A stretch of 64,000 nucleotides of DNA from Anaeromyxobacter sp. (GTDB taxonomy: Bacteria > Myxococcota > Myxococcia > Myxococcales > Anaeromyxobacteraceae): positions 319,901-383,900 of the forward strand of contig JASGJN010000021.1 of NCBI GenBank assembly GCA_049840735.1. Reading direction: 5' to 3'. Position 1 is the first letter of the stretch; each line of letters opens with the position of its first letter. The position numbers and the translations under genes were made by a program. The notes under the pieces are model-generated. The model was not told where the DNA came from and made no database searches. It was given only the letters and a program-made list of their open reading frames with translations. Shown here piece after piece: positions 46,770 to 59,016 of the stretch.

Positions 46770-47797
46770 GTGCTGCGCGAGCGCTGGCTGGGCGGGCGGC
46801 GCGCCCGGGTCTTCACGCTGCAGTGGCACCTCACGCAGGCCTGCGGCAACGCCTGCACCCACTGCTACGACCGCACCGCGCGGCCGGCGCTGCGCCGGCC
46901 CGAGGCCGCGCTGGTCCTCGACGACCTGGTCGGCTTCTGCCGGGACCGAGGCGTGGCGGCCGGGGTGACCTTCACCGGCGGTGACCCGCTGCTCCACCCC
47001 GACTTCCTCGGGATCTACGCCGACGCGGCCGCGCGCGGCCTGTCGCTGACCGTGCTCGGGAACCCCACCAGCCGCGCCCAGCTCGAGGCCGTGGCGGAGG
47101 TCCGCCGCCCGCGCTGCTGGCAGGTGAGCCTGGAGGGGCTCCAGGCCGAGAACGACGCCGTGCGCGGCGCGGGCAGCTTCGAGCGCACGCTGGCCTTCCT
47201 GGACGAGCTCCGGCGGCTGGAGATCCCGGCGCACGTGATGCTGACGCTCACCCGGGACAACGCGCACGACCTGCTCCCGCTGGCCGGGGCGCTGCGCGGG
47301 CGGGTGGACCGGTTCACCTTCAACCGGCTGGCGCGGGTGGGCGAGGGGGCGGCGCTGGCCTCGCTCTCGCGCGAGGCGTTCGCGGCGCTGGCCGAGGCGT
47401 GGGTGGAGGCGGCCCGGCGCGAGCGGCACCTGGGGCTCAAGGACGGCCTGCTCTCGCTGGCGCTGGGGGCCCACGGCCGGGCGCCCGGCCTGGGCTGCAC
47501 CGGCGCGGGCTGCGGCGCCGCCTTCAACTTCGTGGCGCTGCTGCCGGACGGCGAGGTGCACGCCTGTCGCAAGCTGCCCAGCCCGGCATCGGCCGCATGC
47601 CGGTGATGCCGCTCTCGGAGATCTGGGGCTCGCCGGCCGCGAGGCGCTGGCGGGCGGGGAGCACCGCCTGCCGCGGCTGCGTGCTGAAGGACCGCTGCGG
47701 CGGCTGCCGGGCGGTGACCTACGGCGAGGGGCTGGATCCGCTCGCCGCGCTGGACCCGCACTGCACGGCGCGGGCGCCGTGGAGGCCGCGGGCGTGA
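46770..47797 (+). CDS. Radical SAM/SPASM maturase, SbtM-like (frameshift ~47585)
   Basis: FTLQWHLTQACGNACTHCYDR, TGGDP, QVSLEG, GCTGAGCGAAFNF...HACRK, CRGCVLKDRCGGC...DPHC. Confidence 0.85.
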
Positions 47798-47800
47798 GCC

Positions 47801-49193
47801 TCACGCAGCCGGCACCGACAGCCGCGCCACCGTCCCGCCGCCCTCGCGGTCCACCACCGCCAGCGCGCCGCCGTGGGCGTCGACGACCTTCTTGGCCAGC
47901 GCCAGGCCCAGCCCGGTGCCCTTCTCCTTGGTGGTGAAGAAGGGGCGGAAGAGCGTGGCCTTGGCCTCGGGCGTGAAGCCCGGGCCGCGGTCGCGCACCT
48001 CCACGTGCGCCTCGCGGTCGCCGCCGCTGGCGGCCAGCTCCACGGTGCTGCCGGCGGGCGAGGCCTCCACGGCGTTGCGGACCAGGTTCACCACCGCGCG
48101 CCGCAGCTGCTCGCGATCGGCGCGGGCGGTGCCCGAGGCGTCCACCGACAACGCCACGCCGCGCGCGGCCGCCAGCGGCGCGGCCACGTCGGAGACCTCC
48201 GCCGCCAGCACGCCCAGGTCCACCACCTCCCGCAGCGGCGGGCGCGCGCGGGCGTAGTCCAGGAACTCCTCCACCACCTTGGAGAGCGCCGCCAGCTCGG
48301 ACTGGATGCGCGCCACGTGCGCCGCCTCCGGCTTGCCGGTCACCTCCTCCGCCAGCAGCCCGGCGAAGAGGTCCAGCGCGCCCAGCGGGTTGCGCACCTC
48401 GTGCGCGATCCCGGCCAGCAGCGTCTCGCGCTCCTCGCCCCGCGCCCGCAGCGCCCGGCGCATCTCCTCCAGCGTGTCGCGCAGCTCGCCGATCTGGTCG
48501 CGCCGCTTGCGCACCCAGAGCGGCGTCTCCAGGTCGCCGCGCCCGATGCGCCGGGCGGCGGCGGTGAGCCGGTTGATGGGGCGGGTGATGGTGAGGGCCA
48601 TGGCCGCGGCCACCAGCGCGGCGAGGCCGGCGCCCACCAGCGTGAAGGTGGTGAGGTGGCGGCGGAAGCGGACGAAGAGCTTGAAGGACGGGGCGGTGCC
48701 GTCGGCGCCGATGATGGCCACCACGTCGTTCTTCGCGTTGCGGATGGGCGCGTAGCCGGTCTTGTAGAGCAGGCCGTCCGAGCCCTCGAAGAGGATCTGG
48801 CTGGCCACCGTCTTGCCCTGGGCGGCCAGCGCGATCTCCACCCGGTCGCGCTCCAGCGACGGCACCACCTCGCCGATGCGGGTCTTCCCCTCCGAGTCGG
48901 CCAGCGCGGTCCGGTCCGGCCGGATCAGGAACAGCCGCGTGCCGGTGGCCGTGGCCAGCGCGTTGAGCCGCGTCTGGATGTGACCATAGGTGCGGGTCTT
49001 CTCGTCGCCGGGCGTGAGCTTCTGCAGCCAATCCACCGGGAGGGCGGCGCCGGCCGCCTGGGCCACCGACACCAGCCGGGCGGCCAGCTCGTCCTCCAGC
49101 GCCCGCCAGACCAGCCGGTCGGTGAACCAGGCCCATGGCGGCCAGGCAGAGCAGGGCCGGGAGGGCGGCGGCGAGGGCGAAGCGGCGGCGCAT
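47801..49193 (-). CDS. HAMP sensor histidine kinase (frameshift ~49137)
   Basis: IAHEVRNPL, NLVRNA, DRGPG, FFTTK, GTGLGL. Confidence 0.9.
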
Positions 49194-49236
49194 GGGACCG
49201 CGATGCTACCCCGTAACGTGGCCGAGTGTTCAGTTC

Positions 49237-49263
49237 GCCCTTCGACAGGCTCAGGGCGAGCGG
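49237..49263 (+). repeat. Short palindromic REP-like element
   Basis: GCCCTTCGACAGGCTCAGGGCGAGCGG. Confidence 0.7.
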
Positions 49264-49289
49264 AGGGGCCGGGCCCCGCCGCGACTGGG

Positions 49290-49758
49290 TCACGCCCGCC
49301 TTCGCACCGAGAATCACCTTCTCCACCTGCGCCACCACCTCGCCGGCGGCGTCGGTGATGTCCACCGCGAAGACCGGCTCGGTCCGGCCCTCCGCGTCGG
49401 CGGTGGCGCGGATGGCCTCCACCGCGGCGTCCGGGACCTCGAAGACGGCGCGCACCGTGCCGCGCCCCGGCTTGCGGAAGCGGACCGTGGCGGCCTTGTC
49501 CCAGACCAGGTAGCCGGGGCCGAGCCGCTCGATCGGCGTGATCATGAACCACGGGTCGGCCATGGCGAAGAGCGAGCCGCCGAAGTGCGTGCCGACGTAG
49601 TTGCGGTTCCAGGGGCGCATCGCCATCCGCACCGCGATCCGCTGGAAGCGCGGGGCAATCTCGGTGACGCTCACGCCGGAGAGCAGGTAGGGGCCGTAGA
49701 CGTTGGCCCACAGCCGCAGCGCGCGGCGCCGCCAGGGCCGGTCAGTCGGCGTGGACAT
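49290..49758 (-). CDS. DUF4442 / hot-dog thioesterase-fold protein
   Basis: NRNYVGTHFGGSLFAMADP, WDKAATVRFRKPG; 3' frameshift ~49310. Confidence 0.85.
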
Positions 49759-50839
49759 GGGTCGGCCCCGCCGGCTCCGCCGTCCGCGGCGCGCCGCCCG
49801 CGTGCGCGGCCAGCCAGTCGCGCACCACCGGGTAGACCACCTCGGGCGCGCGCCGGCCCAGCAGGAGGTCGGTGTGCCCCCACTCGCGCTCGAAGATCAC
49901 GTACTGCTTGGGCCCGCCCCAGCGCCGGTGGGCCGCCTGCACCACCGAGGGCGGCGCCAGCCCGTCGCGCTCGGCGGCGACGAACAGCGCCGGCTGCCGG
50001 CACTCCTCCAGCGCGGCGCGGTAGTCGCGGCTGCCGTCCATGGCGCGGAAGGAGTCCTCGCGGATGAAGGCGCCGAACTGCTCGAGCACGCCGGCGGGGA
50101 TGTTCTCGATGGCGTTGGCCAGGAGCCGCCGGTAGACGCGCGGCTCGACGTTGCGCAGGTTGACCGCCAGCTGCGCCAGCTGCGGGTGCCAGTAGCCGGC
50201 GAAGGGGGCGATGCAGCGGGCCAGGAAGCGGGTGAGCTTGCCGCGCAGCGGGTAGTGGAAGCCGACCAGCCGCCGCAGCTGCTCCTGCGCGTCGAAGTGG
50301 GCCGGCCCGGCCAGCGCCACCAGCGCCGCGATCCGCGCCGGGTAGAGGCCGGCCGCGGCCAGCCCCAGGATCGCGCCCTGGCTGTGCCCCACGTAGAGCA
50401 CCTGTTCACTGCCGGTGACACGGCGGATCTCGTCCAGCGCGGCCGGCAGGTCGAGCTGGAGGTACGTGTCGAGGTTCCAGGTGCCGAGGCGCGAGGTGCC
50501 GGCGGCGCGGCGGGAGTCGCCGTGGCCGCGCAGGTCGAGCGAGAAGCAGTCGAAGCCGGCCCGCGACAGGTAGCGGGCCAGCGCGTAGCGCTCCAGCCCG
50601 AACTCGAAGGCCTGGCGGTTCATGAGGATGCCGTGCACCAGCAGCACGGGCGGCCCGCGGGGTGGGCCGGAGGGGCGGCAGCGCCCCAGCGCCAGCCACC
50701 AGCCGTCGCTGGTGGCGGCCAGGTGCAGCTCGTCCTCGATCGCCGGCATGCCCAGGCGCCAGCGCCAGAAGGCGTAGTGCGCGGCCGTGGCCACCACGAC
50801 CATCAGGGCGCCGAGCCCCATCCAGGCGAGCGGAGTCAT
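49742..50839 (-). CDS. Alpha/beta hydrolase (PHA synthase/lipase-like)
   Basis: LLVHG, DLRGHG, GHSQG nucleophile, WGHTDL. Confidence 0.85.
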   Translation of the reverse strand: MTPLAWMGLGALMVVVATAAHYAFWRWRLGMPAIEDELHLAATSDGWWLALGRCRPSGPPRGPPVLLVHGILMNRQAFEFGLERYALARYLSRAGFDCFSLDLRGHGDSRRAAGTSRLGTWNLDTYLQLDLPAALDEIRRVTGSEQVLYVGHSQGAILGLAAAGLYPARIAALVALAGPAHFDAQEQLRRLVGFHYPLRGKLTRFLARCIAPFAGYWHPQLAQLAVNLRNVEPRVYRRLLANAIENIPAGVLEQFGAFIREDSFRAMDGSRDYRAALEECRQPALFVAAERDGLAPPSVVQAAHRRWGGPKQYVIFEREWGHTDLLLGRRAPEVVYPVVRDWLAAHAGGAPRTAEPAGPTHVHAD

Positions 50840-51187
50840 GCGGCGGCGATCTCACGGCGGCGGCCGGCCGGTGGTGACGTGGTGCGGCGGGCCGCTCCGG
50901 TGGGGGGGCGCGCCAATCGGGCGCGGCGGCCCCCCGGGCGCGCGATCGGCCAATCGGCCCTGGCCCATCGGTTGCACAACCAGCCATCGCCCAGGCGGGA
51001 ACGGCGGCTGGCCTGTACCGGTTCGCCGGTCTCGGCGGGGCATGTTCGGAAGCAGGCTGCGGACTGATTCGAATCCCGGGCAGCAGCGGCACGGGTTCCG
51101 GGCAACGGGTGGCGGTAACCGGGTATCCTTGACCGGCTGGCGCCACGGAGCGTAGCGTCAAACACCTATCCACACACGCAGGGGTGA

Positions 51188-51528
<341 letters not shown>

Positions 51529-51606
51529 GCAACCAGCCGTGGTACCGACCCGCCCCGCACGCCTGGCCCTCCGGCCGAGGCGTGCGGCGGCCGGGGGAAA
51601 GGCGTC

Positions 51607-52666
51607 GTGAACCGGACCGGCAAGCCGGCCTCGCTGCCGGCGGCCATCGCGCGCGCAGCCATCGACTCGCTCGGCGACGCGGTCGTGGTGGTGGGCGTGG
51701 ACGGCGGCGTGCTGCACCTCAACCCCGCCGCCGAGGAGCTCTTCGGGCGCTCGCGCGAGCGGGCCGTCGATCTCCCGGTCCGCGCCCTCCCGGGCGGCAA
51801 CCCGCTGGCCGCGGTGGCCGAGCGGGCCCGCATCTCCCAGGAGAGCCAGTCCATCGACCTGCCCAGCCCGGCCGATCCGGCCGCGCCGGTGGCGGTGGAG
51901 GCCAACCCGCTGGTGGACGGGGCGTCCTGCGTCGGCACCGTGGTGGTGCTGCGCCGGCCGAGAATCCGTGGAGCGGGCGCTCGACTTCGAGGCCCTGGCC
52001 GCCGGCCTGGCCCACGAGATCAAGAACCCGCTGGCCGGCCTGCAGGGCTCGGCGGAGCTGCTGGCGCGCGAGGCGGAGGGGCCGGCGCGGGAGTACGCGC
52101 AGGTCATCGCCCGCGAGGCCAAGCGGGTGGACGGGCTGGTCCGCGAGCTGCTCGACCTGGCCCGCCCGGCGGCGCTGCAGACCGCCCCGGTGAACATCCA
52201 CAACGTGCTGGGCGACGTGCTGGTGCTGGCCCGCGGCATGCCGGGCGGCGATGGGATCGAGTTCACCGAGCGTTACGACCCCTCGCTGCCGGCCGTCTCC
52301 GGCGACGACGAGAAGCTCACGCAGGTGCTGCTCAACCTGATGCGCAACGCCATCGAGGCGGTCCAGGACCGCGACAACCCCCAGATCTCGCTGGAGACCG
52401 GCGTGGCCGGGCTCCGGCTGCGGTCCGCCAGCGGGCGGACCCGTCCGCTGGCGCGGATCGCCGTGCTCGACAACGGGCAGGGCATCGGGGAGCCCATGGT
52501 CCACCGGCTCTTCACCCCCTTCGCGACCTCCAAGCCGCACGGGACCGGGCTGGGCCTGGCCATCTCCCGCCGGATCATCGAGGCCCACGGGGGGCGTATC
52601 GAGGTCAAGAACCGGCAGGGTGGAGGCGCCGAGGCGACCGTCTACCTGCCCCTGGACCTGCCGTAG
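51607..52666 (+). CDS. ntrB: NtrB-like PAS histidine kinase (frameshift ~51962)
   Basis: PAS ([10 protein letters not shown]); [17 protein letters not shown]; between glnB and ntrC. Confidence 0.88.
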
Positions 52667-52802
52667 GGGGTCCCGTGCGGGCGGTGGCTCCCACCTTGCC
52701 CGCCTTCCGCTCAGGGGAGTGCCCGGGTTGGCGGCGGCTGGCCCCGTCCTTGCTTTAGCGGGCCGTGCCCGGGGCGCTTACACCCCGGCAAGGAGACGCG
52801 CG

Positions 52803-54268
<1,466 letters not shown>

Positions 54269-54493
54269 CCGACGCTGCGCGTGCCCCCGCGGCGGGCGCC
54301 CGGCTGCCCTCGCCCCGGGCAGCCGGGTTCCCCGGCAGATCCGATCCGATCCGCCGCAGGATCGCCCAGGGGCGCCGCCTCCCTGAGCTTGCGCGGGTAG
54401 CAGTGCCCGGATCCCAGGCAGCAGTTGCACGGTTTCCGGGCGCGTCATGATCGGGGATCCGCGGATTTAGCGACATCCCGGCCGTTCCTGAGG

Positions 54494-54509
54494 TGGCACA
54501 TGGCGTGCT
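54494..54509 (+). promoter_or_regulatory. Sigma54 promoter of glnA
   Basis: TGGCAC-ATGGC-GTGCT upstream of ATG 54556. Confidence 0.8.
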
Positions 54510-54555
54510 ATCCAGCCGACCAGCCTCCAACCCAGTCCCGGAGAATTCAAAAGCG

Positions 54556-55980
54556 ATGGCGAACCTCACCCCGAAGCAGGTCCTCGATCTGGCCAAGGAG
54601 AAGAAGGCCACCTACGTCGACCTGAAGTTCATGGACTTCGTCGGCATCTGGCAGCACTTCTCGATCCCGGTCTACGAGCTGACCGAGGACGTCTTCGAGG
54701 CGGGTCTCGGCTTCGACGGTTCCTCGATCCGTGGCTGGCAGGCGATCCACGCCTCCGACATGCTGGTCGTGCCGGACGCGAAGACCGCCGTCATCGATCC
54801 GTTCATGGCGGAGCCCACGCTCTCGCTCATCTGCAACGTGATCGACCCGATCACCAAGGAGCCGTACTCCCGCGATCCGCGCAACATCGCGATCAAGGCG
54901 GAGAACTACCTCAAGTCGACCGGCATCGGCGACGCGGCCTACTTCGGGCCGGAGCCCGAGTTCTTCATCTTCGACGAGGTCCGGTACGAGTCCGGCGTCA
55001 ACAGCGCCATGTACAAGGTGGACTCGGTCGAGGGTCAGTGGAACACCGGCCGTGAAGAGGCCGGCGGCAACCTTGGCTACAAGCCCCGCTACAAGGAGGG
55101 CTACTTCCCGGTCGGCCCGACGGACAGCCAGCAGGACCTCCGCACCGAGATGTGCCGCGTGATGGAGTCGGTCGGCATCCACGTCGAGCGGCAGCACCAC
55201 GAGGTCGCCACCGCCGGCCAGGCCGAGATTGACATCAAGTTCGACTCGCTGGTGAACGCGGGCGACACGCTGCAGTGGTTCAAGTACGTCATCAAGAACG
55301 TGGCCCGCCGCCACGGCAAGACCGTGACCTTCATGCCGAAGCCGCTGTACGGCGACAACGGCTCGGGCATGCACGTCCACCAGTCGATCTGGAAGAACGG
55401 CAAGCCGCTGTTCGCCGGCGACGGGTACGCGGGGCTCTCCGAGCTCGCGATGTACTACATCGGCGGCATCCTGAAGCACGGCCCGGCCCTGGCCGCGCTC
55501 TGCAACCCGGGCACGAACAGCTACAAGCGGCTGGTGCCGGGCTTCGAGGCGCCGGTCAACCTGGCCTACTCCGCCCGCAACCGCTCCGCGTCGATCCGCA
55601 TCCCGATGTACTCGCCGTCGCCCAAGGCGAAGCGCATCGAGTTCCGCTCGCCGGATCCGTCCTGCAACGGCTACATCGCCTTCGCCGCCATGCTGATGGC
55701 CGGCCTGGACGGCATCGAGAACAAGATCAACCCCGGCCAGCCGCTCGACAAGGACATCTACGGCATGTCTCCGGAGGAGCTCCGCGAGATCCCGAAGATG
55801 CCGGGCTCGCTGGACGAGGCGCTCGAGTGCCTGCGCAAGGACCACAAGTTCCTGCTCAAGGGCGACGTCTTCACCGAGGACGTGATCGAGACCTGGATCC
55901 AGTACAAGTACGACAAGGAAGTGAACCCGGTCCGGATGCGTCCGAGCCCGATGGAGTTCGCGCTGTACTTCGACATCTGA
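54556..55980 (+). CDS. glnA: Glutamine synthetase type I
   Basis: FDGSSI, HHEVA, FMPKP...[24 protein letters not shown] adenylylation-site region. Confidence 0.98.
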   Translation: MANLTPKQVLDLAKEKKATYVDLKFMDFVGIWQHFSIPVYELTEDVFEAGLGFDGSSIRGWQAIHASDMLVVPDAKTAVIDPFMAEPTLSLICNVIDPITKEPYSRDPRNIAIKAENYLKSTGIGDAAYFGPEPEFFIFDEVRYESGVNSAMYKVDSVEGQWNTGREEAGGNLGYKPRYKEGYFPVGPTDSQQDLRTEMCRVMESVGIHVERQHHEVATAGQAEIDIKFDSLVNAGDTLQWFKYVIKNVARRHGKTVTFMPKPLYGDNGSGMHVHQSIWKNGKPLFAGDGYAGLSELAMYYIGGILKHGPALAALCNPGTNSYKRLVPGFEAPVNLAYSARNRSASIRIPMYSPSPKAKRIEFRSPDPSCNGYIAFAAMLMAGLDGIENKINPGQPLDKDIYGMSPEELREIPKMPGSLDEALECLRKDHKFLLKGDVFTEDVIETWIQYKYDKEVNPVRMRPSPMEFALYFDI

Positions 55981-56091
55981 TCTCTGCGCTTCGCGCAGAC
56001 AATCAGATGTCCCAGACTTCGACGGTGATTCAGCCGGGGGGCCGAAGAGGCCCCCCGGACCCCCGGCGAAGGTCCTCGAGAAGAAGTCACG

Positions 56092-56116
56092 ACGGCCGCC
56101 CGCGAGGGCGGCCGTT
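56092..56116 (+). terminator. Hairpin downstream of glnA
   Basis: ACGGCCGCCC-GCGA-GGGCGGCCGT stem-loop. Confidence 0.6.
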
Positions 56117-56229
56117 CGTGTATGCGGGCACTGAGCGTGCGCGGTTGGCTGGCGTTGGGCGCGATGGCGCCGCGCACCTCTGCGCCCTGACGGCCCGGGG
56201 CGAGCCTGGGCCCGCCCCGGGCCACGAGG

Positions 56230-58050
56230 TCACTGGCAGCTGCGGGTCAGCGTGAAGGTGGCGCCGTCGTAGGCGTTCCCGTCCGTGGCCGAGAAGGTCC
56301 AGCTGCTGGTGGAGGCGGTGATGCCGCAGCCGGCGGCCGCGCCCGCCGACACCACCATCCCGGGGCAGGTCCCGTTGCAGACCGGGCGCTCGGGGGTGAA
56401 GGCGTCGGGGAGGCTCAGCTGGACCGGATCTCCGTCGGGATCCGTGACCTGCGGCGAGAAGGTGAAGCTGCCGCCCGGCAGCGAGGTGGCCCAGGAGACG
56501 CAGCGGTCACCGACGTAGTGACAGCACAGCTCCGTGGAGGAGCCGCAGGTCAGGGTGCGCCTGGAGGTGAGGTCGCTCACGACGGGTGCGCGGTTCGTGA
56601 TCTCCACGGTGGCGGTCAGCCCGTTGGCGCTTGGCGCCCACGGGTCGCGTGCGCGGTAGGCGAGCTCGTGCGCGCCGATGAAGCCGACCAGGCCGGGCGT
56701 GCCGTCGAAGACCTTGCGGCAGGTGACCTGGGTGGTGCCGTTGGCGAGGACGGTGTAGGTCGCGCAGTCCGCGTCGGCGCCGTCGCCGTCGGCGAAGAGC
56801 GGGTCGTCGTCGGGATCCGTCCACGCGGCCAGGTCGGCCGACGCCACGTAGGCGGTCCCGTCGAAGCCGTGGGGCACCCCGCGGACCAGCGCGGTGCTGG
56901 AGGCCGGCACGGGAGGCCGGTTGGACACGACGACCGCCTGCGAGCTGGGGACCTCGGCGTCGTTCGAGTCGATGACGGTAAGCTCCAGGGCGCGGACCAG
57001 CTCCGGTCCGCCGATCAGCTGGCCGAAGGCCTCGGGCCCGCCGTAGGGCACGGCGATCGAGAAGGTGATCCGGGAGTTGGACACCGCTCCGGCGAAGGTG
57101 CCCTCGCCGTCTCCGGCGTGACGGAACACCAGGTCACCGACCGTGACCGGGTCGCCGTCAGGATCGGAGATGGTGAAGCTGGCGCTGCCGGAGGCGGTGA
57201 ACGCGGTGCCGGTGAAGGTGTGCGGCACGCTGGGGGGCGCGGACCACTGGACCGCCGGCGGGAGGTTGCCGACGCTCACCCGCTGCACGGCGCTGCCGAG
57301 CGGACCGGCGTCGTCGCGGGCTTCCACCCTGAAGATCCAGTCGCCGGAGATGGACGTGCCGTCGGTCTCGATGGTCGCGTCCGTGGAGGCGGCATCGGGC
57401 GCCGCCAGCGTGGCGCGTCGCGTCCCGTCGAGCGTGCGCCCCGCGGGCGGCTCCACGGACCAGTGAAAGGTGGGGGTGCCCACGTAGTCCGCGGCCTGCG
57501 CGCTCACCGCGGCCGGGCCGGCGAGCGTGCACAGGAGCGGGGACCCCGTGCAGTGGTGGCCCACGACGAGGTCTGCGCCGGCGCTGACGTGCGCGGCGCC
57601 CGAGGGCTCGGCGACGACCACCTCGTGCGCGGCCGGCGCGCTGGCCACGCCTCGGGAGTCCTGGACCGTGAGCGTCACGGCGAAGCGGCCGGCGCACCCG
57701 AACCGCGCGCGGGCCAGCGCGTCCTGGCTGGCGACGACCGGCGGATCGCAGGGCGCGTCCACGGCGGCGAAGGTCCAGAGGTGGTGGGCCACGGAGTCCT
57801 CGGCGTCCGGATCCCGGCTGGCGGACCCGTCGAGCTCCACCAGCGCGAAGGCCTCGACGCCGGTCGGCGCCTCGAAGATGGCCTCTGGCGCGGTGTCGGT
57901 GACGCAGGCGCCGGCCACGCAGTGCTCCAGCGCGTCGCAGCGATCAGAGGTGGTGCAGGTGCGCGGACCGCTGATGCCGGCGCCGCCGCAGGCGGCGAGC
58001 AGCGCGGCCACAGTGGTGATCGACGTGAGGTGAAGCAGGCTGGACTTCAT
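56230..58050 (-). CDS. Lipoprotein with PKD/Ig-like repeats
   Basis: Lipobox LAAC; Cys-rich N-terminus; LDGSASRDPD; repeated NxPP...DPDGD units. Confidence 0.75.
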   Translation of the reverse strand: MKSSLLHLTSITTVAALLAACGGAGISGPRTCTTSDRCDALEHCVAGACVTDTAPEAIFEAPTGVEAFALVELDGSASRDPDAEDSVAHHLWTFAAVDAPCDPPVVASQDALARARFGCAGRFAVTLTVQDSRGVASAPAAHEVVVAEPSGAAHVSAGADLVVGHHCTGSPLLCTLAGPAAVSAQAADYVGTPTFHWSVEPPAGRTLDGTRRATLAAPDAASTDATIETDGTSISGDWIFRVEARDDAGPLGSAVQRVSVGNLPPAVQWSAPPSVPHTFTGTAFTASGSASFTISDPDGDPVTVGDLVFRHAGDGEGTFAGAVSNSRITFSIAVPYGGPEAFGQLIGGPELVRALELTVIDSNDAEVPSSQAVVVSNRPPVPASSTALVRGVPHGFDGTAYVASADLAAWTDPDDDPLFADGDGADADCATYTVLANGTTQVTCRKVFDGTPGLVGFIGAHELAYRARDPWAPSANGLTATVEITNRAPVVSDLTSRRTLTCGSSTELCCHYVGDRCVSWATSLPGGSFTFSPQVTDPDGDPVQLSLPDAFTPERPVCNGTCPGMVVSAGAAAGCGITASTSSWTFSATDGNAYDGATFTLTRSCQ

Positions 58051-58347
58051 GAGCGGGCCCCTCCCGGACGAGAGCGTCTCCTGGTCCGCGGTTCATCCGC
58101 GGACGAGCGGCGGGAGGCTATGCGGGTTCCGGGCCACGGCTCGCGCGTCCTGTTTACGCAGGGTTCACCCGGGTGTTCCCGATCGGACCGTCCAATCCGC
58201 GGACCCCATGGTCCGCGCCGCGGACTGTGCGGCGACGCGCATGCCCGAAATCACTGGCCTGACGCAGTGCATGCCGCTTGCACTGGGAGGCTGGCCCATG
58301 CTGAACGTGAACCACGCAACCAACCGTCGTGCCGGAGGAGGGCCGTG

Positions 58348-59004
58348 ATGGCCTTGTCCACTGCGCTGGGCCTCGCCCTCGCGCTTTCGCTGGGAGGCAG
58401 CCCCGAGCAGCGCCTCCTGCTCTGTCGTCCGCGCGTGCTGGGCGACGCCGCGCTCGCTCGCCCGGAGGCGGTACCCGAGGCGGGGCGTCTGCTGGGCGAC
58501 CGCGTCCTCGACTACGGGGTTCCGTGCGAGGACGCGGCGGAGGCTGCGCGAGCGGCGCGGCGCGCCGGGCTCGAGCACGCGGTCGTGACGACGGCAGAGG
58601 GCGCACCGGAAGCAAGCCGCTTCTCGCTCCTGCTCACCGAGGCCGGCTCGGACCAGGTCCGCGCGCGCAAGGCGCTCGAGGTGGTGCCGGGACAGGACGC
58701 GGCGCGGCCGGTGCGCAACGCGCTGGACGAGCTGATCGACACGCTGCCCGAGCCGCCCGGTCCGAAGCCGGCGCACGTGGGCGCGTACGCGGTCACCGCG
58801 GCAGGGGTGGTGGCGGTGGTGGTGGGGGTGGTGTTCGCCTCGCAGTCCCGCGCTGCCGAGGACCGCGCGGCTGCTGCGACGGATCCGGCCGCGTACACGC
58901 ACGCGAAGGCGCAGGCGGCAGACGCCAAGCGGGCCTCGACGCTCTCATTGGTGGCCGGCGGGGCGGCAGTGGCCGGCGGATTGACCTGGCGGTTCGCTTT
59001 CTAG
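58348..59004 (+). CDS. Hypothetical exported protein with C-terminal hydrophobic segments
   Basis: GGAGG RBS; signal peptide; ends WRFAF. Confidence 0.65.
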   Translation: MALSTALGLALALSLGGSPEQRLLLCRPRVLGDAALARPEAVPEAGRLLGDRVLDYGVPCEDAAEAARAARRAGLEHAVVTTAEGAPEASRFSLLLTEAGSDQVRARKALEVVPGQDAARPVRNALDELIDTLPEPPGPKPAHVGAYAVTAAGVVAVVVGVVFASQSRAAEDRAAAATDPAAYTHAKAQAADAKRASTLSLVAGGAAVAGGLTWRFAF

Positions 59005-59016
59005 GGGGGAGAAACG

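Noticed and set aside
46770..47797. Anaerobic sulfatase maturase for the sulfatase at 12327
   Set aside because: 33 kb away; motifs fit SbtM-like enzymes better, and it is coupled to the Cys-tail gene
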